Source: Clostridia bacterium
Lineage (GTDB): Bacteria > Bacillota > Clostridia > Oscillospirales > CAG-272
Assembly (NCBI GenBank): GCA_017472305.1
Contig: JAFUQP010000016.1
Span: 5,960 to 69,959 of the forward strand
Length of the DNA: 64,000 nt
Direction of reading: 5' to 3'
The notes beneath the pieces were generated by a model, which worked only from the letters and a program-made list of their open reading frames with translations, had not been told where the DNA came from and searched no databases. Shown here one piece after another: positions 9,701 to 17,358 of this stretch (position 1 is its first letter; each line of letters starts with the position of its first letter). Position numbers and translations under genes: made by a program.

Positions 9701-10727
9701 TTACACAGACCCAAGCTTCAATGCGGCGGTATTCTCAAGCGATATGTATTTCGATTTCAACACCGCGTCAACGGTTATTCTGCGACTTGGAAATCACCTT
9801 AACACCGCTTGTATGCTGTTCGTTAACAGGCGAAGCGACGGCACCCTTTCCTTCAGAATTCTCTCAAACTCATCAAATCCGATAAACGAGTATTTCTATC
9901 CCGCAGCCCGCGAGAAGCACTGGTTTAACTTCAGACTTGAGTATTATCTCGGCGACTCCGAAAGCGTAAGGCTGAAGTTCTATATCAACGACGAGCTTGC
10001 CTACGTATCGGATAACTTCTACGGACCGATGTCCACAGACGGCGAGGACGCAACTCATACCCCTGAAAACAGGCTTACGAGATTTACGGTTTCAAGCTAC
10101 GGCGACTATGAGGGCGACGTTTACTTCGACAACGTTTCATTCGAGCTTGTTCAGAAGAGCTGCACAGCCGACGCGCTCGGTGCTTACGCGCACACTCACA
10201 CGAACGAGAACGGCGACGTCTTCTGCGATAAGTGCGGTGCGGTGCTTGAGCACGAATGCATAGACGAAAACCACGACGACGAGTGCGACAGGTGCAAAAG
10301 GAAGCTGCCTCACTCTCACTACGACGGTGACTCCGACGTATTCTGCGACAAGTGCGGCGAGGTTCTTCCGCACGACTGTGTTGATGACAATCACGATGAC
10401 AGGTGCGACAGGTGCGACAAGAAGCTGCCCCACACCCACTACGACGGTGACTCCGACGTATTCTGCGACGGCTGCAACGAGATTATGGAGCACGAATGCA
10501 CCGATACGGACGATAACCTTCTCTGTGACAGGTGCGGCGAGGCGGTAGAGCACTCCTGCCGCGATAACGACAGCGACGTAAAATGCGATATATGCGGCAA
10601 ATATATGCCTCATACTCACAAAGACCTTGATGCCGACGGAAAATGTGACGTTTGCGACATTCCCTTCGGTGACGGCGACTCCTTCGGTGACGAAAATCTC
10701 TCCGATAACGGCTGGACAAAAGAATAA
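6720..10727 (+). CDS. Large modular lipoprotein: Ser/Gly linker, putative alpha-helical toroid enzyme domain, two beta-sandwich repeats, eight His/Cys/Asp repeats, C-terminal NLSDNGWT
   Basis: Lipobox LLFS-C. The core is paralogous to 10770..12062. Internal duplication WFNFKIEYYIGDADSVRIKIYID / WFNFRLEYYLGDSESVRLKFYIN. Confidence 0.8.
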   Translation: MKKLLLTLILLLSLCLLFSCKIGGSDDGSGSGQQSGDSSGGSSSGGDSADGSADSAEKGSVYLIAGNGATAEALSALSAGLTSLGYTPTTQSGSVPEGSLTVILGDLDSEEASRIARRRLERIEKEEHFDARYLVYSNGDGRVAISFDTYTEPSVAVSAAGGAADAFLSKATAAFSGAVGTLTSGEIDLVALQNEIDNASLEEQWQTVFEEAGGDERARILTDSLREFYSIYGDNLIIWLADLYDPESGGFYYSNSARDTDGYLPDIESTAQVLDNLRENGMFDYVDNNLMRALPEWFRSGIIKFIKSKQSPNGYFYHPQWSEELTNTMLSRRGRDLTKGVSALKTLGAKPTYDTPLGDKGDGLDANGNPIADALPASKSITGRLGAGKASAASKVIAVSGVLVPSHLVSDVTFKEWLSKLDLNDDSYTIGNNISSQTPEIIGRDKVLRAEGKPYLLSQILIDWLNEHCYATTGHWNSVADYEGTNGFLKISGCYNEIAKSGLGVDASLPYPEKALESSVAALITEEYALTVCYTYNVWYNICNIFDNVTYSDPEAGKALAKETRAMLLDYVTEDVLYNGLMLNAITISKLKTMEFLKNDSSFSFSPGHSAATSQGMQVAVPNTNEGDINGTNLCSTGIVSRMFVALGLPHPQLFTRADAMCFLRKLEELGPVIKDEEIVYNTGNLSFDDMNVGDELQQITNNTPGESELSVSLDPENAQNLVLRYSKRTSAVNKERGQIDFQTTERKNNYNAFVLSTDMYIDYLDGENFLSSYMYGYLGTKGEQFGYEYIFSPNRQAELRFADTSHASYGNKSSTYELGIPEESWFNFKIEYYIGDADSVRIKIYIDNKLFYVSNNFYGPKTTDKIETNYEPLSSLTTFRFCVDKAFQGEVYFDNFNLYQANLICQDHLVGTQESMPDRVPDSALDFESFDVGDSPDTVHVSSKPGTDYFSATVTDNPTGNGGKVLKNSKYNEKADGSDPVSSYAGTLKFVPHYTDPSFNAAVFSSDMYFDFNTASTVILRLGNHLNTACMLFVNRRSDGTLSFRILSNSSNPINEYFYPAAREKHWFNFRLEYYLGDSESVRLKFYINDELAYVSDNFYGPMSTDGEDATHTPENRLTRFTVSSYGDYEGDVYFDNVSFELVQKSCTADALGAYAHTHTNENGDVFCDKCGAVLEHECIDENHDDECDRCKRKLPHSHYDGDSDVFCDKCGEVLPHDCVDDNHDDRCDRCDKKLPHTHYDGDSDVFCDGCNEIMEHECTDTDDNLLCDRCGEAVEHSCRDNDSDVKCDICGKYMPHTHKDLDADGKCDVCDIPFGDGDSFGDENLSDNGWTKE
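10191..10668 (+). repeat. Eight intragenic 60-bp (20-aa) repeats, approximate consensus H-x-[HC]-x-D-x-[DN]-x-D-x-x-C-D-x-C
   Basis: Examples: HSHYDGDSDVFCDKC, HDCVDDNHDDRCDRC, HTHYDGDSDVFCDGC, HTHKDLDADGKCDVC. Confidence 0.9.
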
Positions 10728-10769
10728 TTTTCGGGAGCAACTACTCTGCTCCCTTGAGGAAAAGCTTAT

Positions 10770-12062
10770 ATGAAAAATACATCTGTAAATATCGAGGCGG
10801 CTTGGAAAAGACTTGGCGACGAGGTAACTCGTCGCGGCGGCGACGGCGATGCATTCGTCGCCGCTATGAAGGACTATTATTCGATATACACCCCTGACCT
10901 TCTTCGTTGGGCGGGTGCGCTCTTCGACTACGAAATCGGCGGCTTCTACTTCTCAAACTCGTCGCGTGACGTGCGTGTTGCAGAATACAGAGGCAAGACC
11001 TATCACTTCCGTCCCGACGTGGAAAGCACAATGCAATGCATAAACTTCCTCTACGCCGTTAGAGCGGTTAACGCTCCCGAGGACTTCCCCGAATGGTTCA
11101 GAAACAAAGTGCGCGACTTCGTTTCTTCTCTTCAAGACCCCGAGGACGGCTTTATTTATCACCCGCAGTGGGAAAGAGAAAGCATAACCCCCTCAAGACT
11201 TGCAAGAGATATGCACTGGGCAATCGGGCTTGCAAAAAAGCTCGGCTTCTCTCTGCCCTATCCAACAGCACACGACAGAATCAAGGCCGCCGCCGAGAAA
11301 AAGACGGACGAAAAGGAAAGCCTTATTCCCGAGAACTTTCGCTCGCGCGAGGCATTCCTTGAGTATATTTCCTCTCTCAACTGGCAGGGCTCGGGCACTA
11401 CCGGCGCTTACGGCGCAGGCAACAGAATAGCGGCAGAGTCAAAGCTTATCGAGGCAGCGGGACTTACCGACGTGGCGGTGGAGTTCCTTAACTCGGTTCA
11501 AAACCCCGAGAACGGTCTGTGGGGAGATGCCGAGGGCTACGACGGAAATAACGCTTTTATGAAAATTTCAGCATTTTACGATGCCGTAAAGCGACCTATC
11601 CCCAACGCAACGAAGGCAATAAAGAACGCGCTATCCTGCCTTGTAACCGACGAATTCGCCCGCACGTCCTGCTATAACTTCAACGTGTGGTATTCAATCC
11701 TCAACGTTATCGCTAACTTAAGACGCTTCGGCGGCGAGGAGGGCGCGCGCGAGGCGTCGGCTATATCCGATATGCTTCTTCTTGACGCTCCGAAGTATCT
11801 TAAGGGAACGAAGGAAAAAATACTGACCTTCAGAAAGCCCGACGGCTCGTTCTCCTGTCTGACCACCTCAACGACACCCATAAGTCAGGGAATGCCGGTT
11901 GCCGTAGAAGGAACAAACGAAGGTGACTTCAACGCTCTGGCGCTAAACTCCAGCGGTACCTTTGTCAGAATATACGCCTGTCTCGGTCTTTCGGACTTCT
12001 TCGTACCTCCCTTCTCCGAAAATTCACTCGAGATATTCCTCTCTGCAATAAAAAAGAATTAA
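10770..12062 (+). CDS. Cytoplasmic stand-alone paralog of the lipoprotein core domain (uncharacterised, prenyltransferase/terpene-cyclase-like repeats)
   Basis: Shared motifs GGFY[YF]SNS.RD, PD[IV]EST, G.[FI]YHPQW, NVWY, SQGM.VAV..TNEGD. No signal peptide. Confidence 0.75.
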   Translation: MKNTSVNIEAAWKRLGDEVTRRGGDGDAFVAAMKDYYSIYTPDLLRWAGALFDYEIGGFYFSNSSRDVRVAEYRGKTYHFRPDVESTMQCINFLYAVRAVNAPEDFPEWFRNKVRDFVSSLQDPEDGFIYHPQWERESITPSRLARDMHWAIGLAKKLGFSLPYPTAHDRIKAAAEKKTDEKESLIPENFRSREAFLEYISSLNWQGSGTTGAYGAGNRIAAESKLIEAAGLTDVAVEFLNSVQNPENGLWGDAEGYDGNNAFMKISAFYDAVKRPIPNATKAIKNALSCLVTDEFARTSCYNFNVWYSILNVIANLRRFGGEEGAREASAISDMLLLDAPKYLKGTKEKILTFRKPDGSFSCLTTSTTPISQGMPVAVEGTNEGDFNALALNSSGTFVRIYACLGLSDFFVPPFSENSLEIFLSAIKKN

Positions 12063-12072
12063 GGAAGAGAAA

Positions 12073-14025
12073 ATGAGAAGAATATACAAAATAACCTCTG
12101 CAAGCCCTATAGATTTTGCTGCTGAGGAATTAAGAAAATATTTCAGAATGATGATGCCCCACGGCGGAAACTACCGAATTGAGTATAAGCCCGATGCAAA
12201 AGAGGGCTTCCGCCTCGGCTTGATGCAGGATTTCGGACTCGACGTCAGCGATGCCGAGGACACCGAGCTTGACGATATTCTTTATATCGACTGCACGGAA
12301 GAGGGCGGTATAATCGCAGGCGACAACCCTCGTTCGGTGCTTCTTGCGGTATACGAATACCTTCGCAGGCTCGGCTGCCGCTGGCTCTTCCCGGGTGTTG
12401 ACGGAGAGTATATTCCGACAAGAGAGCTGGAGCCGATAAGGCTTCGCCATAAGCCCTCTATGCGCTACAGAGGACAGTGCAACGAGGGTGCGGAGTTCCA
12501 GCAGTGTATGCTCGATGCCATCGACCTTGCGCCAAAGCTTGGAATGAACGTGTTTATGATGGAGTTCATGATTCCGAACTCATACTACGATATGTACTAT
12601 AACCATCTCAACAACACAGGCAACCGCTCACCCGAGCCGGTAACGCCCGAGCAGGTTCTGCAGTGGAAAAGGCAGTGCGAAGCGGAGATATCAAAGCGCG
12701 GTCTGCAGCTGCACGATATCGGTCACGGTTGGACCTGCCTGCCGTTCGGAATAAACTGCTCAAGCTCCATAATAACCGACGAAGAAATACCCGAAGAGGC
12801 AAGACAGTTCATTGCTATGAGACAGGGAAAGCGCGAGCTGTTTAACTCGCGTCCTCTGCACACGGAGTTCTGTATGTCAAACCCCGAGGCAAGGCGGCGC
12901 GTTGTAAATTATATTGCCGATTATGCCGATACAAACGACAACGTAGATTATCTGCACGTATGGCTTGCCGACGCAAGAAACAATCATTGCGAATGCGAGG
13001 AATGCTGCAAAAGGACTCCCTCGGATTGGTACGTTATTCTGCTCAACGAGCTTGACTGCGAGCTTACGCGCAGAAATAACAGCGCAAGAATAGTTTTTAT
13101 AGTCTATACCGACACCACGTTTGCACCCCTCACCGAGGCTCTTGATAATCAGAAGCGCTTTACGCTTATGCTCGCGCCCATAACAAGGAGCTTCACTCGC
13201 TCTCTCCCCACAGAGATTAAGAACGAGCCTATTCCCGTCTACGTAAGAAACGACATTACCCTGCCCTCAAAGGTCGAAGAATATTTCCTTCACCTGAAAT
13301 CATGGCAAAAAATGTGGCACGGCTCATCTATAGCATACGAGTACCACTTCTGGCGGCATCAGTACTACGACGTGCCCGGCATAAACCTCGCCAGAGTAGC
13401 TCACGAGGACGTCAAGGCATACGAAAAGAACGGAATACGCGGCATAATCGAGGACGGCTCACAGCGCTCCTTCTTCCCTAACGGCTTTGCCTTCTATGCT
13501 TATGCGAGAACGCTCTTTGATACCTCTCTGACCTTCGACGGTCTTATCGAGGACTATTTCAGCGTTGCATACGGCTCCTGCTGGCGTCAGATTTATGAGT
13601 ATCTTGAAAAGCTCGGCAAGGCGTTCAGCTTTGAGTTTATTGAGCAAGAGGCGTCAATTGATTACAGCGTATCGCGCTTCTACAATCCGCCTCACGCCGA
13701 TAACTTAAGGCGCGTTAAGGAAATCACCGAGGAGGGTATAAGGATAATCCGCAAAAACTACAATGCGCCTTACCGACTCGGCACCTTCGCTATGCGCCTT
13801 CTTGAAAAGCACGCGGAGTACAGCAATATGCTCGCCGACGCGCTGACCTACAAGGCAATAGGCGCAGACAAGTCGGCTTGGGAGAAATTCAATCATCTCG
13901 TCGATGCCTTTGGCAAATACGAGGCAGAGCTTCAGTCGGTCTATGACCACGGTCTTGCAATGAACTCTCTCAAAAACAACGTTTTCACCCTGAAAACAAA
14001 CCGTCCCGAGGCAGCGTATATGTAA
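12073..14025 (+). CDS. DUF4838-like putative glycoside hydrolase (GH20/GH67-like N-terminal domain plus TIM barrel)
   Basis: FAAEELRKY, IAGDNPRSVLLAVYEYLRRLGCRWLFPG, FCMSNPEARR, LADARNNHCECEEC. Confidence 0.7.
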   Translation: MRRIYKITSASPIDFAAEELRKYFRMMMPHGGNYRIEYKPDAKEGFRLGLMQDFGLDVSDAEDTELDDILYIDCTEEGGIIAGDNPRSVLLAVYEYLRRLGCRWLFPGVDGEYIPTRELEPIRLRHKPSMRYRGQCNEGAEFQQCMLDAIDLAPKLGMNVFMMEFMIPNSYYDMYYNHLNNTGNRSPEPVTPEQVLQWKRQCEAEISKRGLQLHDIGHGWTCLPFGINCSSSIITDEEIPEEARQFIAMRQGKRELFNSRPLHTEFCMSNPEARRRVVNYIADYADTNDNVDYLHVWLADARNNHCECEECCKRTPSDWYVILLNELDCELTRRNNSARIVFIVYTDTTFAPLTEALDNQKRFTLMLAPITRSFTRSLPTEIKNEPIPVYVRNDITLPSKVEEYFLHLKSWQKMWHGSSIAYEYHFWRHQYYDVPGINLARVAHEDVKAYEKNGIRGIIEDGSQRSFFPNGFAFYAYARTLFDTSLTFDGLIEDYFSVAYGSCWRQIYEYLEKLGKAFSFEFIEQEASIDYSVSRFYNPPHADNLRRVKEITEEGIRIIRKNYNAPYRLGTFAMRLLEKHAEYSNMLADALTYKAIGADKSAWEKFNHLVDAFGKYEAELQSVYDHGLAMNSLKNNVFTLKTNRPEAAYM

Positions 14026-14094
14026 CGGCTAAGGCACATTCTTCACCGAATGTATAAAAGCTTCAGCCAAAGCGAAAATATAACTGATAGCACT

Positions 14095-14128
14095 AGGAGG
14101 CATCGACACATCTCGGTGTCTCCTTTTT
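14095..14128 (+). terminator. Intrinsic terminator
   Basis: AGGAGGCATCGA-loop-TCGGTGTCTCCT-TTTT. Confidence 0.7.
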
Positions 14129-14152
14129 GTTTCTCTTTGCCTTTTATATTCA

Positions 14153-14179
14153 TTAGCACTCTTTGCGACCGAGTGCTAA
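14153..14179. promoter_or_regulatory. CIRCE element (HrcA operator)
   Basis: Perfect TTAGCACTC-tttgcgacc (N9)-GAGTGCTAA upstream of clpB. Confidence 0.95.
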
Positions 14180-14313
14180 CATTTACAGATTGTTCATAAT
14201 ATATGCTCGGATTGTTCATAGTTTTGGTGTAAACTATAAGCAGTCAAGAAGGGCGCTTGCGAGATAGCAAGTCAAGATACTATCGCTTCGCGTCCTTACC
14301 GCGGCTCTTCACC

Positions 14314-14531
14314 CACAACTCGGCAAAGCCGACCATAACTTGACGAAGTCAATCATAACTTGCCCGTCAGGGCAATCATAACTTGGCGCAGCCAACCATA
14401 ACTTGCCTGTCAGGGCAATCATAACTCGGCGAAGCCATTCATAACTTGCCCGTCAGGGCAATCATAACTCGGCGAAGCCATTCATAACTTGTCCGTAGGA
14501 CAATCATAACTTGACGAAGTCAATCATAACT
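14314..14531 (+). repeat. Tandem array of 10 short hairpins separated by a constant CATAAC linker
   Basis: Units are CATAAC plus a stem-loop, e.g. TTGAC-GAA-GTCAA, TTGCCC-GTCA-GGGCAA, TTGGC-GCA-GCCAA, TTGTCC-GTA-GGACAA. Period 20-23 bp. Confidence 0.9.
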
Positions 14532-14552
14532 CCAAAAAAAGGGGGGTAAAAT

Positions 14553-17129
14553 ATGAATCCCGAAAAATTCACACAAAAATCACTTGAAGCAATAAGAGCG
14601 GCATCGGCTCTCGCCTCTGAGAAAGGCAATCCCACACTCGAGCCCTGCCATATCCTCTCGGCGCTGCTCTCGGCAGAGGGGGGACTCATTCCCGAGATAA
14701 TCACCAATATGGGGGCGGACGTAAAAAGACTGTCCGAGGGTGTCGGGGCGCTTGTCGCGTCGCTTCCCACAGGCTCGTCGGGCGAGCCTTACCTCTCACG
14801 CGAGGGCGAGGCAGCTCTCACCGCCGCAGACAGAGCGAGAGGCGATATGAAGGACGACTTCATATCTGTTGAGCATATTATGCTCGGACTCTTCGACAAG
14901 GGCGGCAAGGCTATAGAGAAGCTGCTGACGGATTGTTCCGTTAAGCGCGACGCCTTCCTCACGGCACTCAAAAAGTTGCGCGGCAACTCGCGCGTGACGA
15001 GCGAGAACCCCGAGTCAACCTACGACGTTCTGAAAAAATACGGTCAGGACCTTGTGGAGCTTGCAAGAAGCAAGAAGCTCGACCCTGTAATCGGCAGAGA
15101 TGACGAGATTAGAAACGTAATAAGAATTCTCTCTAGAAAAACCAAGAACAACCCCTGCCTTATCGGTGAGCCCGGTGTCGGAAAGACCGCTATCGCAGAG
15201 GGCCTCGCGCAGAGAATTGTACGCGGCGACGTGCCCGACAACCTTAAGGACAGGAGCATTTTCTCGCTTGATATGGGCGCGCTAATCGCAGGCGCAAAGT
15301 ACAGAGGCGAGTTTGAGGAGAGGCTGAAGGCGGTGCTCTCCGAGGTCAAGTCGAGCGAGGGCAGAATAATCCTCTTTATTGACGAGTTGCACACCATAGT
15401 CGGCGCAGGCAAGAGTGACGGCGCAATGGACGCAGGCAACCTTCTAAAGCCCATGCTTGCAAGAGGCGAGCTTCACTGTATCGGCGCGACCACCCTTAAC
15501 GAGTACCGCCAGTACATCGAAAAGGACGCGGCTCTTGAGAGGCGCTTCCAGCCCGTACTCGTTCCCGAGCCGACAGTCGAGGACACCGTCGCAATTCTCC
15601 GAGGGCTGAAGGAAAGATACGAGGTTTACCACGGTGTAAAAATCCACGACGCGGCGCTGATTTCGGCGGCTACTCTTTCCTCTCGCTACATCAGCGACAG
15701 ATTTCTGCCCGACAAGGCTATAGACCTTGTTGACGAGGCGTGCGCGCTTATCAAGACCGAAATGAACTCGATGCCGACCGAGATGGACGAGATATCGAGA
15801 AGGATAATGCAGCTTGAGATTGAAGAGGCGGCGCTGAAGAAGGAAACCGACAAGCTCTCAGCAGAGAGGCTCGCGGGAGTTCGCTCCGAGCTATCCTCGC
15901 TTCGCGACAGCTTCAACGAAATGAAGGCTCGCTACGAGAGGGAACGCTCGTCTATCGGCAAAGTGCAGAAATTACGCGAGGAAATCGAAGAAATCGGAAA
16001 AGAGATAGAAAAATCCGAGGCAGAATACAATCTTACCCGTGCCGCAGAGCTGAAATACGGCAGGCTTCCCGAGCTTCGCCGCGCCCTTGATGAGGCGGAG
16101 CGGAGCGACGGCGAGAAGTGCGAGAGAACGCTCCTGCGCGACGCTGTGACCGAGGAGGAAATATCGAGGATTGTTTCGCGCTGGACGGGAATTCCCGTCG
16201 CAAAGCTTATGGAGGGCGAGCGCGAGAAGCTGCTCGGAATGGAAGAAATCCTTCATAAGAGGGTTATCGGTCAGGACGAGGGTGTCACAAAGGTGGCAAA
16301 CGCAATTCTCCGCTCGCGTGCGGGAATCCGCGACCCGAAGAGGCCTATCGGCTCGTTTATGTTCCTCGGCCCGACGGGTGTCGGCAAGACCGAGCTTGCG
16401 AAGGCTCTCTCAGAGGCACTCTTTGACGACGAAAAGAACATCGTCAGAATAGATATGTCGGAGTATATGGAGAAGTTCTCGGTATCGAGGCTCATAGGAG
16501 CGCCTCCCGGCTACGTCGGCTATGACGAGGGCGGACATCTGACCGAGGCGGTGAGAAGGCGGCCGTACAGCGTCGTATTGTTCGACGAGATTGAAAAGGC
16601 GCACCCCGACGTATTCAACGTGCTTCTGCAGGTGCTCGACGACGGCAGAATAACCGACAGCCACGGCAGAACGGTTGATTTCAAGAACACCATTATCATT
16701 ATGACCTCAAACCTCGGCTCCGACGTTATTCTCGACGGCATCTCGGACGGCGAAATTTCCGAGTCGGCAAGAGAGAGAGTTACGGATATTCTCCGCCGCT
16801 CCTTCCGTCCCGAGTTCCTAAACAGACTTGACGAGATAATCTTCTTCAAGCCCTTGACGAAGGAAAACATCTCGAAAATCGTAGACCTTGCGCTTGCTTC
16901 GCTCTCGGCAAGGCTCTCGGAAAAGAGGCTGAAAATCGAGCTTACCGACAAAGCAAAGGAGCTTGTTATAGACTCGGCATACGACCCCGTATACGGCGCA
17001 AGACCCTTGAAGCGCTATTTAAGCTCTACTGTCGAAACGCTGGTTGCGCGTAAGATAATTGCCGAGAACCTCGAGCCCGACACAACCCTCACGCTCGACT
17101 GTGAGGACGGACGGCTCACCGTAAGGTAA
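14553..17129 (+). CDS. clpB: ATP-dependent chaperone ClpB
   Basis: Two AAA+ modules (GEPGVGKT, GPTGVGKT), LDPVIGRDDEIR, long coiled-coil middle domain, 858 aa. Confidence 0.97.
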   Translation: MNPEKFTQKSLEAIRAASALASEKGNPTLEPCHILSALLSAEGGLIPEIITNMGADVKRLSEGVGALVASLPTGSSGEPYLSREGEAALTAADRARGDMKDDFISVEHIMLGLFDKGGKAIEKLLTDCSVKRDAFLTALKKLRGNSRVTSENPESTYDVLKKYGQDLVELARSKKLDPVIGRDDEIRNVIRILSRKTKNNPCLIGEPGVGKTAIAEGLAQRIVRGDVPDNLKDRSIFSLDMGALIAGAKYRGEFEERLKAVLSEVKSSEGRIILFIDELHTIVGAGKSDGAMDAGNLLKPMLARGELHCIGATTLNEYRQYIEKDAALERRFQPVLVPEPTVEDTVAILRGLKERYEVYHGVKIHDAALISAATLSSRYISDRFLPDKAIDLVDEACALIKTEMNSMPTEMDEISRRIMQLEIEEAALKKETDKLSAERLAGVRSELSSLRDSFNEMKARYERERSSIGKVQKLREEIEEIGKEIEKSEAEYNLTRAAELKYGRLPELRRALDEAERSDGEKCERTLLRDAVTEEEISRIVSRWTGIPVAKLMEGEREKLLGMEEILHKRVIGQDEGVTKVANAILRSRAGIRDPKRPIGSFMFLGPTGVGKTELAKALSEALFDDEKNIVRIDMSEYMEKFSVSRLIGAPPGYVGYDEGGHLTEAVRRRPYSVVLFDEIEKAHPDVFNVLLQVLDDGRITDSHGRTVDFKNTIIIMTSNLGSDVILDGISDGEISESARERVTDILRRSFRPEFLNRLDEIIFFKPLTKENISKIVDLALASLSARLSEKRLKIELTDKAKELVIDSAYDPVYGARPLKRYLSSTVETLVARKIIAENLEPDTTLTLDCEDGRLTVR

Positions 17130-17238
17130 AAGCAAATTCAGGCTTGCTTGATTATTCATAGGCAGGGGAGAGCAATCCTAGCTTTATAATCAACCGTCGG
17201 AATTTGGAAAAAAGCAGGCATACAGTAAGCATTTTAAA

Positions 17239-17272
17239 AAGGCAGAGGCACTCAAATCGGTGCTTCTGCCTT
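17239..17272. terminator. Terminator hairpin between convergent clpB and degV
   Basis: AAGGCAGAGGCAC-loop-GTGCTTCTGCCTT. Confidence 0.7.
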
Positions 17273-17314
17273 GATTTATTTCCTTGTTTTACAATTTTTA
17301 TGCAAATGAGGGGC

Positions 17315-17352
17315 TAGCCGTGGCGGAGTCGAACACATAAGCCCTACGGCTA
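17315..17352. repeat. Dispersed REP-like element, copy 1
   Basis: TAGCCGTGGCGGAGTCGAACACATAAGCCCTACGGCTA; an identical 36-bp core lies at 36888. Confidence 0.8.
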
Positions 17353-17358
17353 AAAAGC

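Noticed and set aside
14314-14531. CRISPR array
   Set aside because: The constant part is only 6-8 bp, the variable parts are 13-16-bp self-complementary stems that recur, and there are no cas genes. This does not fit repeat-spacer architecture.
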